Part shown: in pieces, positions 17,614 to 28,007 of the stretch | Position numbering within the stretch: the stretch's first letter is position 1 | Layout of the letters: each line of letters starts with the position of its first letter | Virus record (IMG/VR): IMGVR_UViG_3300032159_000001 | Reading direction: 5' to 3' (one strand) | Source of the DNA: a virus | DNA: 64,000 nt | Program-made: the position numbers and the translations under genes | The notes under the pieces: generated by a model | Told to the model about the DNA's origin: nothing | The model's database searches: none | The model's input: the letters and a program-made list of their open reading frames with translations, nothing else

Positions 17614-18339
17614 TCAGTCCGACGCTACGAACCGATCCTCGATCTGTTCTTCCGTTGTGATCGTGTTGTTCAGGATGTCGGACTTGACATCCTTGAAGAC
17701 CGCGAAGGCGGCTGCGACGTGCGCGCCGAGGGCGCGGCCCAGCGCAACGATCTCAGCCGCTCCCAGCTCTTGCGAGGTCCCATCGCGGAACTGCCAGGTG
17801 GTCCGGTAGGTCGGGTCGAGCTGCGCGCTCATCACCGAGCCCATGATGAGGGTTTTTGCCCGATCGTCGGTGTAGACCGGGTGTCCGTCCCAAACCGTGC
17901 CGCCCGTCTCGCGGCGCCAGCGAAGATCCTCGGCGATTGCGATGAGCCGGGCCTGCTCGTCCTCGGGCGTATGAACCTCGACGGCATAGCGCGCGTCGTG
18001 GAACCCTGGTGCCCGAACCACCACCGCGTGCAGCCCAGAGCCGAGCACGGTGCCGGCGGCGGGCTCGCAGACGGCACCGGCAGGGGCGCCGGCCGGCAGG
18101 GCCACAGTGTAGGGGGCGGCGAGCGCCAGGTCGGCCGGCACCGGGAAGGGCATCGGCTCGCGCAGGGCGAGCCCGCCGCCGGGCGTCACCCACAGCCGCT
18201 CGATGGTGTCCGGCAGAGCACCCTGCCACTCCAGGTGAGGAACCCCCCGCTGCGTGAGAACAGTCTTGAGTCCCTCGACGTTGACGGTCTCGGCAGTGCC
18301 AACGATGGCTCGGGTCACGTTGTCATAGGATACGATCAT
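17614..18339 (-). CDS. DUF4376 tail-associated protein
   Basis: AEDLRWRRETGG, TTWQFRDG, LGRALGAHVAAAF. Confidence 0.8.
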   Translation of the reverse strand: MIVSYDNVTRAIVGTAETVNVEGLKTVLTQRGVPHLEWQGALPDTIERLWVTPGGGLALREPMPFPVPADLALAAPYTVALPAGAPAGAVCEPAAGTVLGSGLHAVVVRAPGFHDARYAVEVHTPEDEQARLIAIAEDLRWRRETGGTVWDGHPVYTDDRAKTLIMGSVMSAQLDPTYRTTWQFRDGTSQELGAAEIVALGRALGAHVAAAFAVFKDVKSDILNNTITTEEQIEDRFVASD

Positions 18340-18340
18340 C

Positions 18341-18775
18341 TTAGATGTCCATCACGAGCAAGTAGGCCGTACCGGTGAAGCCGTTCACAACAACAGTCAT
18401 GTTGCTTGTCCCGGTCACAATGTAGAAGCCGTAGTTGACGACGCGACCCGCACCGAAGCGATTGTATTGCCCGAAGCAGGGTGCCGCGATGATCTCTCCG
18501 GTGTTGAAGAGGGTCTTTCCGTCCTGCACGACGCTCTGGGTGAGCCGGAGCGCCGCGAACACGATGGGGGTGACGCCAAACGTCGTGCCGTAGGATACGG
18601 TGTAGCTGTTCGTCGACAGACCGGGTGCGCTGACGGCCTGCTCGAAGTACAGCCCCTGTCCGTCGTCATAGACGCCGGAGAACATCACGTCCGGGTCGAG
18701 GACGTCGCTGATGCGGCCCGTGTTGGCCCCCTTCTGGACGCGGAAGAAGTCGGGGCCGTTCATGTCGAGGAACAT
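18341..18775 (-). CDS. Small tail tip-associated protein
   Basis: Follows the J-like gene; shares an N-terminal pattern with two neighbours. Confidence 0.7.
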   Translation of the reverse strand: MFLDMNGPDFFRVQKGANTGRISDVLDPDVMFSGVYDDGQGLYFEQAVSAPGLSTNSYTVSYGTTFGVTPIVFAALRLTQSVVQDGKTLFNTGEIIAAPCFGQYNRFGAGRVVNYGFYIVTGTSNMTVVVNGFTGTAYLLVMDI

Positions 18776-19152
18776 CAGCCGGACAGCCTCTTGCGAAAGA
18801 TCAGGTATGGTACTGTGGTCAGTGTGGCACTCACGACCTTGACCTCTACGAATAGATGGTCAGTATAGGAGACGACGGTGTATGTTGTTCCATCGTTTGT
18901 CACCACGCTGGTCGTGATCCCGAACCAGAAATCCGGGGCTGTTGCCTGCGTAGGGAACCAGACATTACTCTGGTAGGTGTTGATGGCGCCGGCCTGATTG
19001 ACCAGAGTCATCGTCGCCTGACCACGCTGGATGATCTGGTTGTTGCGTGCTCCGAGCGACAGCAGGAGGTCTCGTTCCGAGGCTGTGTCGACATCATAGC
19101 CCGGCCGCGAGACCCGGATGAAGCCGGGCCGTATGATGACGCGCTTGGCCAT
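18775..19152 (-). CDS. Small tail tip-associated protein
   Basis: FIRVSRPGYDV motif; coupled start and stop. Confidence 0.7.
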   Translation of the reverse strand: MAKRVIIRPGFIRVSRPGYDVDTASERDLLLSLGARNNQIIQRGQATMTLVNQAGAINTYQSNVWFPTQATAPDFWFGITTSVVTNDGTTYTVVSYTDHLFVEVKVVSATLTTVPYLIFRKRLSG

Positions 19153-19592
19153 CAGAGAAGCAGGACCATGTAGCGGAGCAGGAAGCCCGTCGAGGAGGGC
19201 GTCTGGCTGTTCAGGATCAGGAACTGAGCCGGGTTGCCGTCGACGAAGCGGTTGAAGAACTCGGTGTAGGCGAAGGCGTTGCCGGCGCCGTCGTTTTGCG
19301 TCCCGTAGAGGTTGTTCTGCCGCTCCTGCGTCGCGTTGTTCATCGGTCGATAGACGAGGGCCGGCGTGCCTCCGAGGCTGGCGAGGGACCCCGGCAGGTA
19401 GATCGGCGTGTTCGACGCGGTCTGCCCGCTGGCGAGCGTGCGGAACGGCCGGCGGCCCGCGAAGCTGGAGGAGAACAGGAACTTGGTGCGATCGGTGCGA
19501 TCGTCGTTGACGCAGTCGTAGCCTGGCTTCGCAATCCAGAAGCCGGTCTCACCCGTCGCCGGGTGCCGCCCGCAGAGAAGACGCATCGTCAT
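19152..19592 (-). CDS. Small tail tip-associated protein
   Basis: FWIAKPGYDC motif; coupled start and stop. Confidence 0.7.
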   Translation of the reverse strand: MTMRLLCGRHPATGETGFWIAKPGYDCVNDDRTDRTKFLFSSSFAGRRPFRTLASGQTASNTPIYLPGSLASLGGTPALVYRPMNNATQERQNNLYGTQNDGAGNAFAYTEFFNRFVDGNPAQFLILNSQTPSSTGFLLRYMVLLL

Positions 19593-19596
19593 GGCG

Positions 19597-22500
19597 TCAG
19601 TCCCAGATGGCGAGGTAGCGGGCGTTGAAGTCGATCACGAACTTGCTATCACCCGAGCGCGCCCGACCCGCCGTGACCTCACCGAGGTCGACGGTGAAGG
19701 CCGAGAGCTGATTGACCGAGATCTTGTTCGCCGAGAGCGTGCCGACCTGCGCGTCGCCAATGGTCGCGGCCGCCATATAGACGCCGATGTTGCCAGAGTT
19801 GAGCTTCGCCATCTGGCCGCCGCCCGGCGACCAGGGGCTCAGCTCGGCCTGGTTCGGCAGCGCGACGCCGAGGTGGGGCTGGGTGAAGAAAAGATAGGGA
19901 CTTCCCTGTCCATTGGCGTAGGCCTCTATCTGGATGCGAACGAACACCGTGCCGCCGGGCGCCAGAGCGAAGCAGCCCACACGCTTGTAGCCTGTCAGGT
20001 CGCTGCCGTTACTGTCATTGTTGACGACGTTGCTCGACGCCACCGTCGTGAGAGCGTTTCCGTTACCGTCCATGAACGCGATGACGACGCGAGCGCTGCA
20101 GCGATGAGGGTTCAGCCAGGCAGAAGCTTCCCAACGTTGGTTCGGCGTGGCCGGGTAGTAAATCCGACCATCGGCCCGGTTGGCATAAACGATGTAGACG
20201 GCGCCGTTGTCGCCGTTGGCGCCCCCGAGCCAGTAGGTGTGCCCGTTCGAGAGCGCGTAGGACGCACTCAGGTCGATGCCATAACCTGCGATGGTCGTGT
20301 TCGAGTAGTTCAGCCAGCCGGCCGTGCCGAGGTCGAACGTGGCGTTGTCGAGGACATTGGCGCTGCCGCCCGAGGCCAGCAGACCCGTGCCGGGAACGCC
20401 GATGCCCGCACCCCCGAGGCCCGTCGTGTCCATCACGATCTGGTTCTGCGCATTGCGGAAAATTGCGCCGTAGACGTTGCTTCCGTTGCCGCTCAACTCG
20501 CCCATCGCCACCCGGTTCACACCGTTGGTGTCGTAGACCATCAGGCGAGGACCGTTGGAGTTCTGAAGGTACATCCGGTCGTTGCCAATGTAGACGATCG
20601 CAGCCGTGATGGTGCCCGATGCGATCTTCTCGGCAACCAGGGAGCCGGCTGCGATCCGGTCGCCCTGGATCGAGTTCGCCTGCATGTGCTGCGTCTGGAT
20701 CTGGTTCGCGGCAATCTGCGCAGCCGTGATCGACAAAGTCGTGATCTTGGTACCATCGATCACCGTGCCGCCGTAGAAGACGGCAAGACCCGTCGCACTC
20801 CCGGTGCTGGCCATGAGGACGAGGTCGGGGTTGGACAGGTAGCTCGGGTAGCTGTTAGTGTCGGCGGCAATGAAGACGCCTGCACCCTTCTGCCAGAAAA
20901 TGTAGTAGAACCCGCCGCCCGTAGGCACACTACCAGCGCTAATCTGCGCGCTGGCGACCACACCACTATCGTTTATGTAGAGAACGTACCCAGCGGTCCA
21001 CTGGATAGTGTTGGTCAGGTTCCCGTTGCCATCTCGTCCCATCTGGAACTCGATGCCGACGACGCTAATACCCCGAGCGCCAATCTGGATACTGTTGGTC
21101 CGGATCGAGTTCGCCTCGATAGCGCCACCGTTGATCTTGGTCGTGTCCGTGCCACCAAGCCAGGAGGAAAGCCGCGTCGCGCCCGAAACCGTGATGTTGG
21201 CCGCGGTCAGCACGCTCGCGTCGAGCATGCCGACCTTGATCGAGCCAGCGACAATAATCGCAGCATCGATGGTCCCCGCCGTGAAGCGGTCGGTCGTCAT
21301 GCTGCCCGCGATGATGCGGTTGGCGTTGAGCGAGCCGGTGAAGAGGTTGGCGCCGTCGATCGCTGTGACGGTGGGGTCGACGTAGGGGCTCAGCTCGGTT
21401 TGGCCGGTACGAGCCCCCGCCCACATGATCGCCGAGACGAAGACGATGGGATTGACTGTTCCGTCCGCGATCAGGCGGAAGCTCGGCTTCGCGTAGACAG
21501 CGTTGGAGGGCGCAACAGCGATCAGGCCGACGCGCTGGAACGTCGAGATAGGGCCGCCCGTCGACTGATTATTGTAGACCGTCGCGCTGGCGGGCTGCGA
21601 GATGAAGTTCTGGCTGGCGTCAAGCCAAGAGATGTAGCAGAGCGCAGAGGACCGATGCGCGGAGACGGCGGCCGAGAACTCGTAGGTCTGGCCTCCCGTA
21701 ACGCTGTAGAAGGTGTTGTTGCCGTTCCCGTCGATGCGATAGCAGTCCGCATCCATCACCTGACCGGAGGACGGTGTGCCAGTCGCATAGAGCTGCAGCT
21801 GCTTCGGGAGACCATCAGGCCCCCAGACGGACGGGCCAACCTGGACCCCGGTCGGGATCGTGATTGTCTTGTAGGCCACGGCGAAGCCGCGCATGCCCTG
21901 CGCGAGGTCACCGTTGAAGAACTGGTTGGCCGACTGGATGGCGAGCTTGGAAGCGGTGACTGCGCCCGCATCGAGCTGAGCGGCCTTGACGGCTCCGGCG
22001 GCGATAGCTCCCGCGAGGATTGAGTTTGCCCTGAGGTCGGCGCCGTCGACCTCTCTCGTCCAACCTAAGGTGCTGAAGCGGTAGAGCTTGCTGTCCGCGG
22101 TCAGGTAGGCCTGCCGACCGACGAAGTTGCCTGTCGTGGGGAGCACAGACACCGTCTCGACGAGCGCCAGGCTCGATGCGACCTTCGTCTGATCGATGAT
22201 CCCGGCGCCGATCTGAGCGCCGACCAAGGCCACCGAGGTGGCGCTGACGGGTCCCGTGATAGAGGTCGAGCCGACCTTCGAGCTGTTGAACGGACGGACC
22301 CAGTAGAACTTGGTCCCGGTCGTCGACAGCGGATCCTGATAGGTCGTGTCGCGCGGGCTGAGCGTCGCGATCCGCGTCGCGTTGGCGAACACGTTCGAGG
22401 TGCCGGCGTAGACCTCGAGATAGCTCAGGTCGTTGTCCGTGGGATTGCTCCAGGACAGGTAGGCACGCTCGAAGCCCCCGACCGCCACGAGCCCCGTGAT

Positions 22501-25500
22501 TGCTCCGGGCGGGGCCGTGTTGGCGGCCGAGGTGATCTCCGCGGTTGCCGACCACCCGGAGGCAGCGAAGCCGTCCTGGTTCACGGCACGCAGCTGAGCC
22601 TGGTAGACCGTACCCGGCAGAAGGTTGCGCTTCGTGATCGCCAGGCCGGCGCCCACGTTCTCGGCAGGCCCCCAGTTGCCGGTTGCCGTCTCTCGGAAGC
22701 GGACCTCGAAACGTCCGAAGTTCGTCGAGGGGCTTGCTGCCCAGGTCGCCGTGACCGAGGCCGAGACTTTGCCATCCACGCTCTTGTCGAGCGTGGTGCT
22801 GAGGCTCGGTGCGTCTGGAATGATGGGCGCGACGGTATCGATCAGGTCCGTGCCAATGCTGATCGACTTCTCGGCCGAGATATTGAGCCCTGACTTGCCG
22901 TAGCTGTCGTAAAGGGCCACCCGGACGTAGTAGGTCTTGCCCTTCTCGCCCTTGATGAAGACCGGGTTCAGCTCGCCGTCATAGGCAGGCACCTTCTGGA
23001 GCGGGTCGTAGCCGGAGGCCTGCTCCATCCAGACCAGGGCGCCTGCGATGTCGGTGGTCAGGGCAGGGCGCTCGTAGGAGACCACGACACTGAGCCCAGC
23101 CGGCTGGAGGTCGGGCACGACGGCAGGGGGAGCCGGCTTATTGACCGCGAGGGTGACCGGCTCGGAGAACGAGCCCGTCATGTCGATCGAGCGAACGCGA
23201 ACCGTGAACGCGCGCAGGGCGACGCCGCCGTTCGAGGCCTTGTTCTGGGCGAGGGTGTAGGAGAAGACGAGCTGCCCCTCGACGCGCTCGGTGTAGAGCA
23301 CGGCGCCGGCGCCGTTCAGCACCTCGACGATGTACTTGATGACGAGCGGGTCTTCCGCTGCCTCCCAGGTGAACTGGGGGTTGATGGCGTAGAAGAGCGG
23401 TGCAGCCGGCTCGTTCACGAGCCGAAGGTTCTTCGGCGGCGCGACCGATCGGATCGAAGTCGTGCTGGCGACGACGTAGCTCACCGTGACCGGCGGGCTC
23501 TCGGTCACGTTATCGAGGCCGACTGCGACGATGGACAAGATGTAGGTGCCGGCGGCCGGAGACTCGATCCGGTAGAGCGTGTCGCTGGGCTCGGCGACGA
23601 GGCTCATCGGCCCCTGATTGAAGGACTGGTAGACCCGGTAACCGCGGTTGAGCTTGGTCTCGGTCGGGTTCCAGGTGGCGAGCAGGTTGTAGCGTCCGTC
23701 CGCAGTGATCTCCGGCACGATCTGGGCGCCGGTGACCGGGTAGACATAGCGGGAGAGGGGGCCGGTCTGGAGCGCTACGAGATCGCGCAGCTCCACCGTT
23801 CCGTCCACGAAGGCCCACTTCAGGCGATTGACCTCGATCGCCGTGATCTCGATCTGGTCGGGCTCGTCCTTGTCCTGCGTGATGGAGACGATGCGGAACG
23901 GCTTGGGGGCACCGATCGAGAAGACGGCGTACTCGGGCAGCGGCTCCGAGAGGGCCTGCGAGAGCTGCAGCTGGCTCTGCAGGCCAGGGGTCGCCACCGT
24001 GAGCGGGTATGTGACGACCTTCAGACCCCCATTCCCGTTCGAGAGGGTGAACTGGATCGAGTAGGAAACCCCCGCCTCGAGATAGATCTGGTCGCGCAGC
24101 GGCAGGACCGAGGTCCCGGTTGGCAGCGCCGCCGAGTTCTTGACCCGGCCGGAGATGACGTTGGTCGACTGATCGTCGGCGATGAGGATGACTTGGAAGG
24201 GCAGCAGGTAGCGGCCCATCCGGTTCGTCTTGAAGGAGACGATGATCTTTTCGGTCAGCGACGTGGCGAGCCGCAGCCGGCCGCGCTTCACGGCCTCCTC
24301 GGGATCGCGACAGCCGACCGCGACGAACTCCTCGGCGTTGCGGCCGTTCACATCGATCGTGTTCTGGTCGTAGACCCGGACACGATCCTCTCGGTAGTTC
24401 AGGCCCGGGTTTTTGAACGAGACCTTGAAATCGTTCTTCCGCTCGGCCGCGTCGGTGAAGGAGTAGGAGAACGACCCCTCGACTGTGTTCTCGGGCGCGA
24501 AGATCGCCTGCGCGACCTGGTCATCCGCGTCCCAGATCACAGTCGAGTATCCGTCGCCGCGGTCGACGTATCGACCGCCGGCGATGCCGACGATGTAGTT
24601 GATCAGCTCGTTGGTGGAACGAGGGTCCTGGATATACTCGTTGAACCGAAAGCCGTGGGCCGAGCAGTGCTTGCCGAACTCATAGAAGTCCCACTGATCG
24701 GGGACCTCGGGGTAGTAGGCGTTCTTCCCGTACCGAGAGTTCTTGATGAAGTTGTAGGCGTGCCAGGAGGGGTTGTTGGTGTAGGCGATCTTGAATGTGC
24801 CGTCCCAGATCCCCGGGAACTCCGAGAGGTTCGTCGTCTCGTTGAAGACGTGGTTCGACGGCACCGGGACACGGATACCCCGATAGACGCCGGTGAAGTC
24901 GGGGACCTGCGTGAAGGTGTCGGTGGCCTTGATCGTCAACCAGGCAAGGGCGAGATCCGGGAACGACACGACGTCTCGCTTCACCTCCTGGATGCTCTCG
25001 AAGGTGATGTTGCGGACGACGGTCTTGTCCGAGACCGGGCTGATGCGGGTCAGGCGGACGTCATAGGGCTCGTTGATCCGCGCGACCGGGATCCGATAGT
25101 CTTTGGGGTAGGGCGACCGAGTCAGACCGGCGATCTGGATCACGCCCGGGGCCGCGATGGCCGGCGTGTCGAACTGCTTGGTCGAGACCCACGACGTGTC
25201 GTTGAAGGCGTAGACCTGCTCGCCGGACTGCGGCGTGAGCAGGAAGTCGCCCACGCCTAAGGTTCCCGGCGGCGGCGCGGTGCCGCTGGGGCTATACCAA
25301 GCGGTCCGCGAAGCGCCGTCGTAGTCGGTCCAGGTCCAGATCGCGTACCCGCTGCGGCTCCCGGAGGCCAAACCGTTCGGGACCTGCCAGGACGTGCCGT
25401 TCCAGATGCGCGGGCTCCAGGGCGTGAGGTCCGACAGGAACCACATCGCACCGGTTGCCTTGGGCACGGGCTGCGTGGCGGTACCAGGCGAGACGTAGGT

Positions 25501-26091
25501 CTCCCGGTAGCTGTCGTTGATCACCGTGCCCGGGGTCGACGCACCCGGACGATAGTTCGAGGCACCCGACGTGTTCTCGACGGGGGGAGGGGGCTGGTTG
25601 TCGAAGGGGATCTGCCAGGTCGAGGCCGAGCGCGGCTTGATCTCGATCTTGAACTCGACACCGGTCGGGAACTCGCCGCCTTCCGCCGAGAGCGACAGCA
25701 GCTGCTGCACGACGATGCGAATGTCGATGTAGTCGATCTGGGTCTTGTCGCCCTGCGTGACGATCGCCTGCCCAGCGGTGCGCAGCTCCAAGCCGACGTT
25801 CTTCGACGACGACAATCCGCCGAGGTTGAGCCGGATGCTGTCGGCCGGGTTCGTGCCGCGCAGCATGCGCAGCTCGAAGTTCGAGATGTTCGGGGTGTTG
25901 CTGCCCTTGTCGAGCAGAGGGACGTCGCCGACGTAGAAGCTCGCCGCCCCATCCACGAAGCCGTCGATCGGCCCCTCCGAGATCGCGAGCAACAGCTCGA
26001 CGGTGTCGGTCGCGAACAGGGTGTCGTCGTGCCGCGTCGCCTTTCGGCTCGTCGTGGTCGAGCCCTTGCGCCCCTTCAAGCCGAGAGCCAT
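19597..26091 (-). CDS. Tail tip / host-specificity protein (lambda gpJ-like) with FN3-like and two carbohydrate-binding-like modules
   Basis: LLAISEGPIDG, YTNNPSW, YFGKHC-like segment, position after the gpI-like gene; 2164 aa. Confidence 0.9.
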   Translation of the reverse strand: MALGLKGRKGSTTTSRKATRHDDTLFATDTVELLLAISEGPIDGFVDGAASFYVGDVPLLDKGSNTPNISNFELRMLRGTNPADSIRLNLGGLSSSKNVGLELRTAGQAIVTQGDKTQIDYIDIRIVVQQLLSLSAEGGEFPTGVEFKIEIKPRSASTWQIPFDNQPPPPVENTSGASNYRPGASTPGTVINDSYRETYVSPGTATQPVPKATGAMWFLSDLTPWSPRIWNGTSWQVPNGLASGSRSGYAIWTWTDYDGASRTAWYSPSGTAPPPGTLGVGDFLLTPQSGEQVYAFNDTSWVSTKQFDTPAIAAPGVIQIAGLTRSPYPKDYRIPVARINEPYDVRLTRISPVSDKTVVRNITFESIQEVKRDVVSFPDLALAWLTIKATDTFTQVPDFTGVYRGIRVPVPSNHVFNETTNLSEFPGIWDGTFKIAYTNNPSWHAYNFIKNSRYGKNAYYPEVPDQWDFYEFGKHCSAHGFRFNEYIQDPRSTNELINYIVGIAGGRYVDRGDGYSTVIWDADDQVAQAIFAPENTVEGSFSYSFTDAAERKNDFKVSFKNPGLNYREDRVRVYDQNTIDVNGRNAEEFVAVGCRDPEEAVKRGRLRLATSLTEKIIVSFKTNRMGRYLLPFQVILIADDQSTNVISGRVKNSAALPTGTSVLPLRDQIYLEAGVSYSIQFTLSNGNGGLKVVTYPLTVATPGLQSQLQLSQALSEPLPEYAVFSIGAPKPFRIVSITQDKDEPDQIEITAIEVNRLKWAFVDGTVELRDLVALQTGPLSRYVYPVTGAQIVPEITADGRYNLLATWNPTETKLNRGYRVYQSFNQGPMSLVAEPSDTLYRIESPAAGTYILSIVAVGLDNVTESPPVTVSYVVASTTSIRSVAPPKNLRLVNEPAAPLFYAINPQFTWEAAEDPLVIKYIVEVLNGAGAVLYTERVEGQLVFSYTLAQNKASNGGVALRAFTVRVRSIDMTGSFSEPVTLAVNKPAPPAVVPDLQPAGLSVVVSYERPALTTDIAGALVWMEQASGYDPLQKVPAYDGELNPVFIKGEKGKTYYVRVALYDSYGKSGLNISAEKSISIGTDLIDTVAPIIPDAPSLSTTLDKSVDGKVSASVTATWAASPSTNFGRFEVRFRETATGNWGPAENVGAGLAITKRNLLPGTVYQAQLRAVNQDGFAASGWSATAEITSAANTAPPGAITGLVAVGGFERAYLSWSNPTDNDLSYLEVYAGTSNVFANATRIATLSPRDTTYQDPLSTTGTKFYWVRPFNSSKVGSTSITGPVSATSVALVGAQIGAGIIDQTKVASSLALVETVSVLPTTGNFVGRQAYLTADSKLYRFSTLGWTREVDGADLRANSILAGAIAAGAVKAAQLDAGAVTASKLAIQSANQFFNGDLAQGMRGFAVAYKTITIPTGVQVGPSVWGPDGLPKQLQLYATGTPSSGQVMDADCYRIDGNGNNTFYSVTGGQTYEFSAAVSAHRSSALCYISWLDASQNFISQPASATVYNNQSTGGPISTFQRVGLIAVAPSNAVYAKPSFRLIADGTVNPIVFVSAIMWAGARTGQTELSPYVDPTVTAIDGANLFTGSLNANRIIAGSMTTDRFTAGTIDAAIIVAGSIKVGMLDASVLTAANITVSGATRLSSWLGGTDTTKINGGAIEANSIRTNSIQIGARGISVVGIEFQMGRDGNGNLTNTIQWTAGYVLYINDSGVVASAQISAGSVPTGGGFYYIFWQKGAGVFIAADTNSYPSYLSNPDLVLMASTGSATGLAVFYGGTVIDGTKITTLSITAAQIAANQIQTQHMQANSIQGDRIAAGSLVAEKIASGTITAAIVYIGNDRMYLQNSNGPRLMVYDTNGVNRVAMGELSGNGSNVYGAIFRNAQNQIVMDTTGLGGAGIGVPGTGLLASGGSANVLDNATFDLGTAGWLNYSNTTIAGYGIDLSASYALSNGHTYWLGGANGDNGAVYIVYANRADGRIYYPATPNQRWEASAWLNPHRCSARVVIAFMDGNGNALTTVASSNVVNNDSNGSDLTGYKRVGCFALAPGGTVFVRIQIEAYANGQGSPYLFFTQPHLGVALPNQAELSPWSPGGGQMAKLNSGNIGVYMAAATIGDAQVGTLSANKISVNQLSAFTVDLGEVTAGRARSGDSKFVIDFNARYLAIWD

Positions 26092-26639
26092 CAGACGACT
26101 CCGGTGTCGACGGCGTCGATCTGGAAGGACAAGTAGTGGCCACCCACACGGTCCTGGCCACAGAGGATCGGAATACGCGTGCCGATCTCGACCGTGTTCT
26201 TGGGAGCGCCGAGATAGTGGTTCTTCTTCTCGGGGGCGTCCTTGTTGTCGCGCTTCGGCGTGTTGAACATCTGCAGGATGCCCCCCAGCACCATCAAGAT
26301 ACCGAGCTTCAAGAGGATCGGACCGAGCACGGGGCCGGTCACGAAGCTCGCCGCCACGAGCACAGCCCCGATGATGATCTGAAAGAAGCCACCGTTCTTG
26401 CCGCCGTTGAGCTGCGGGAAGATGTGGAGGTCCTGCGGACCGCCGGGCGAGATCAGCTCCTCGACGGTCTCGAGCCCCGCGACCTTGACCCGAAGGGGGC
26501 CGGTGATCGCGTTCCCGCCGAAGCCCGGGATCTGACGAGAGATCGCCTTCAGGGCTTCGGCGGGGGTGGCAGCATGGATCTCAAGGATCCCCGGATGAAT
26601 GCTCTTCAGCGCGCCGTGAAGGTGGATACGTCGCAGCAC
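26091..26639 (-). CDS. Tail assembly protein (lambda gpI-like)
   Basis: IHLHGAL..TPAEALKAI, GTRIPILCG. Confidence 0.85.
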   Translation of the reverse strand: MLRRIHLHGALKSIHPGILEIHAATPAEALKAISRQIPGFGGNAITGPLRVKVAGLETVEELISPGGPQDLHIFPQLNGGKNGGFFQIIIGAVLVAASFVTGPVLGPILLKLGILMVLGGILQMFNTPKRDNKDAPEKKNHYLGAPKNTVEIGTRIPILCGQDRVGGHYLSFQIDAVDTGVV

Positions 26640-26961
26640 GAAGCACTCGCCCTTGCTCTACGACGTAGCAAGCAACGCCGTCCGAGCCGACGATATAGTG
26701 CTGCAGGTGGGGGTAATTCAAGAATGAGACAAGATCATCCCGGGTGAGATTACAGTCTGTCCCGGTATGGGTGTGCCAGGATGCAGTCACAACATCTTCG
26801 TACTTCATAAGATCTTCGCCGGAGATGTCGAAACCATCGGCCGGCTCGTGGCACATGTTCTTCACCTCGACGATCTTGTCGTCCACGACGAAGCCGCAGC
26901 GCTCCGGGGCCAGTAGATCGTCCTCGTAGAGCACGAGAAGGTCCGCGATCAGGTCAGACAT
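26581..26961 (-). CDS. JAB/MPN domain tail assembly protein (gpK N-terminal-like)
   Basis: ERCGFV, EVKN, WHTH..C.LT.DD. Confidence 0.85.
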   Translation of the reverse strand: MSDLIADLLVLYEDDLLAPERCGFVVDDKIVEVKNMCHEPADGFDISGEDLMKYEDVVTASWHTHTGTDCNLTRDDLVSFLNYPHLQHYIVGSDGVACYVVEQGRVLRAATYPPSRRAEEHSSGDP

Positions 26962-27466
26962 CGAGAGTCCCCTGTCTCGCGTCCTCGATCATGTCCCGGA
27001 TCCGCTGAGGGACCAGTTCCATGGCGTCGATCTCGGTCTCCTGCAGGAACTTGGTGCCGTCGACCTGCGGGTGCCGCAGGACAGCAACCGTCGTGTCTCG
27101 CCACAGCGGCCGGCTGTACGGCTCGATCTGCGAGAGCGCACCCAGGAAGTGATGGAGGATCTGGCCGCGCGGCAGTAGGATGGCGCCATGGTTCGCCACC
27201 TCGGACCGGATGGCCATCAGGATCACGTCGCCGGGGAGCCAGTCCTGCGGGCGGCCATGGACAAGGCCGAAGCCGGCCCAGGCGTAGTGGTCGAGATAGA
27301 GATTGAGGCTCTTGCCGTGCGCGTCCTTGTCCCACCAGCTGTCCGGCCGGGCGAGGTCAGGCACGTCGATGCCGAAGTTCATTGCGTAGAAGCGGCGCAT
27401 CAGCGAGTAGCAGTCGTTGACGCCGTGCTCGAACTCGAGCCCGAGAAGACCATCCGTCTTGATCAT
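26954..27466 (-). CDS. NlpC/P60 tail assembly protein (gpK C-terminal-like)
   Basis: GVNDCYSL, GDVILM, NHGAI, ILHH. Confidence 0.88.
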   Translation of the reverse strand: MIKTDGLLGLEFEHGVNDCYSLMRRFYAMNFGIDVPDLARPDSWWDKDAHGKSLNLYLDHYAWAGFGLVHGRPQDWLPGDVILMAIRSEVANHGAILLPRGQILHHFLGALSQIEPYSRPLWRDTTVAVLRHPQVDGTKFLQETEIDAMELVPQRIRDMIEDARQGTLDV

Positions 27467-27478
27467 GGCAGGGATGTA

Positions 27479-27493
27479 GGTACGAAACGTACC
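27479..27493. promoter_or_regulatory. Motif A between the gpL-like and NlpC genes
   Basis: GGTACG-AAA-CGTACC. Confidence 0.75.
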
Positions 27494-27496
27494 GCT

Positions 27497-28006
27497 TCAC
27501 AGGGTCACGAACGGGAAGCCGTCGCCGGGCGTGAACATGCGGGCCGGGATGAGCTGGTCAGGGACATCCGAGAGGGCACGCAGCTCGAAGCTGATCGACT
27601 GCCCGGAGATGAGGTCCATGACGCGGCCGATGAACCAGATCTCGTTGTTGGCGATCGGAAGCCCTCGCTCGACGTGATCGCGCAGGACCGTAAACTTCTG
27701 CAGGATCGCGCTATCGAAGCGGCCGGCGAAGGCAGCGTCGTTGAAGATGCCCAGCGGGTTGACGAGCTGAAGGGTCGGTCGATTACGCTCTTCCTCGGAC
27801 GAGCGGGTGAAGCCCGACATCTGGCAGGGCAGGTGGTCCCACACCTTCCCGTTCCAGGTCGTCGTCTGTCCCTGCGGTCCATCGCGAAAGCGGATCACCG
27901 CCGTCGCGCCGTTCGGCACGTTCTTGAGGGCGATCTCGAAGAAGACGACCTCGCCGTCCGCTGTGAGCTTGAGGCCCTCGTCGACATGGGAGCTGGGAAC
28001 GGGCAT
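27497..28006 (-). CDS. Minor tail protein (lambda gpL-like)
   Basis: Position; WNGKVW..LP, RPTLQLVN, ISFEL, IPAR. Confidence 0.75.
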   Translation of the reverse strand: MPVPSSHVDEGLKLTADGEVVFFEIALKNVPNGATAVIRFRDGPQGQTTTWNGKVWDHLPCQMSGFTRSSEEERNRPTLQLVNPLGIFNDAAFAGRFDSAILQKFTVLRDHVERGLPIANNEIWFIGRVMDLISGQSISFELRALSDVPDQLIPARMFTPGDGFPFVTL

Positions 28007-28007
28007 G

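Noticed and set aside
19591-22023. Long antisense ORFs in the track (e.g. 19591-22023 +, 8225-10522 -, 2535-4043 -, 15973-17430 +)
   Set aside because: They mirror well-supported genes on the other strand, lack motifs and SDs, and are expected shadows in high-GC DNA.
19597-26091. Diversity-generating retroelement targeting the tail tip
   Set aside because: No reverse transcriptase and no near-identical template/variable repeat pair; the duplicated modules are only distantly similar.
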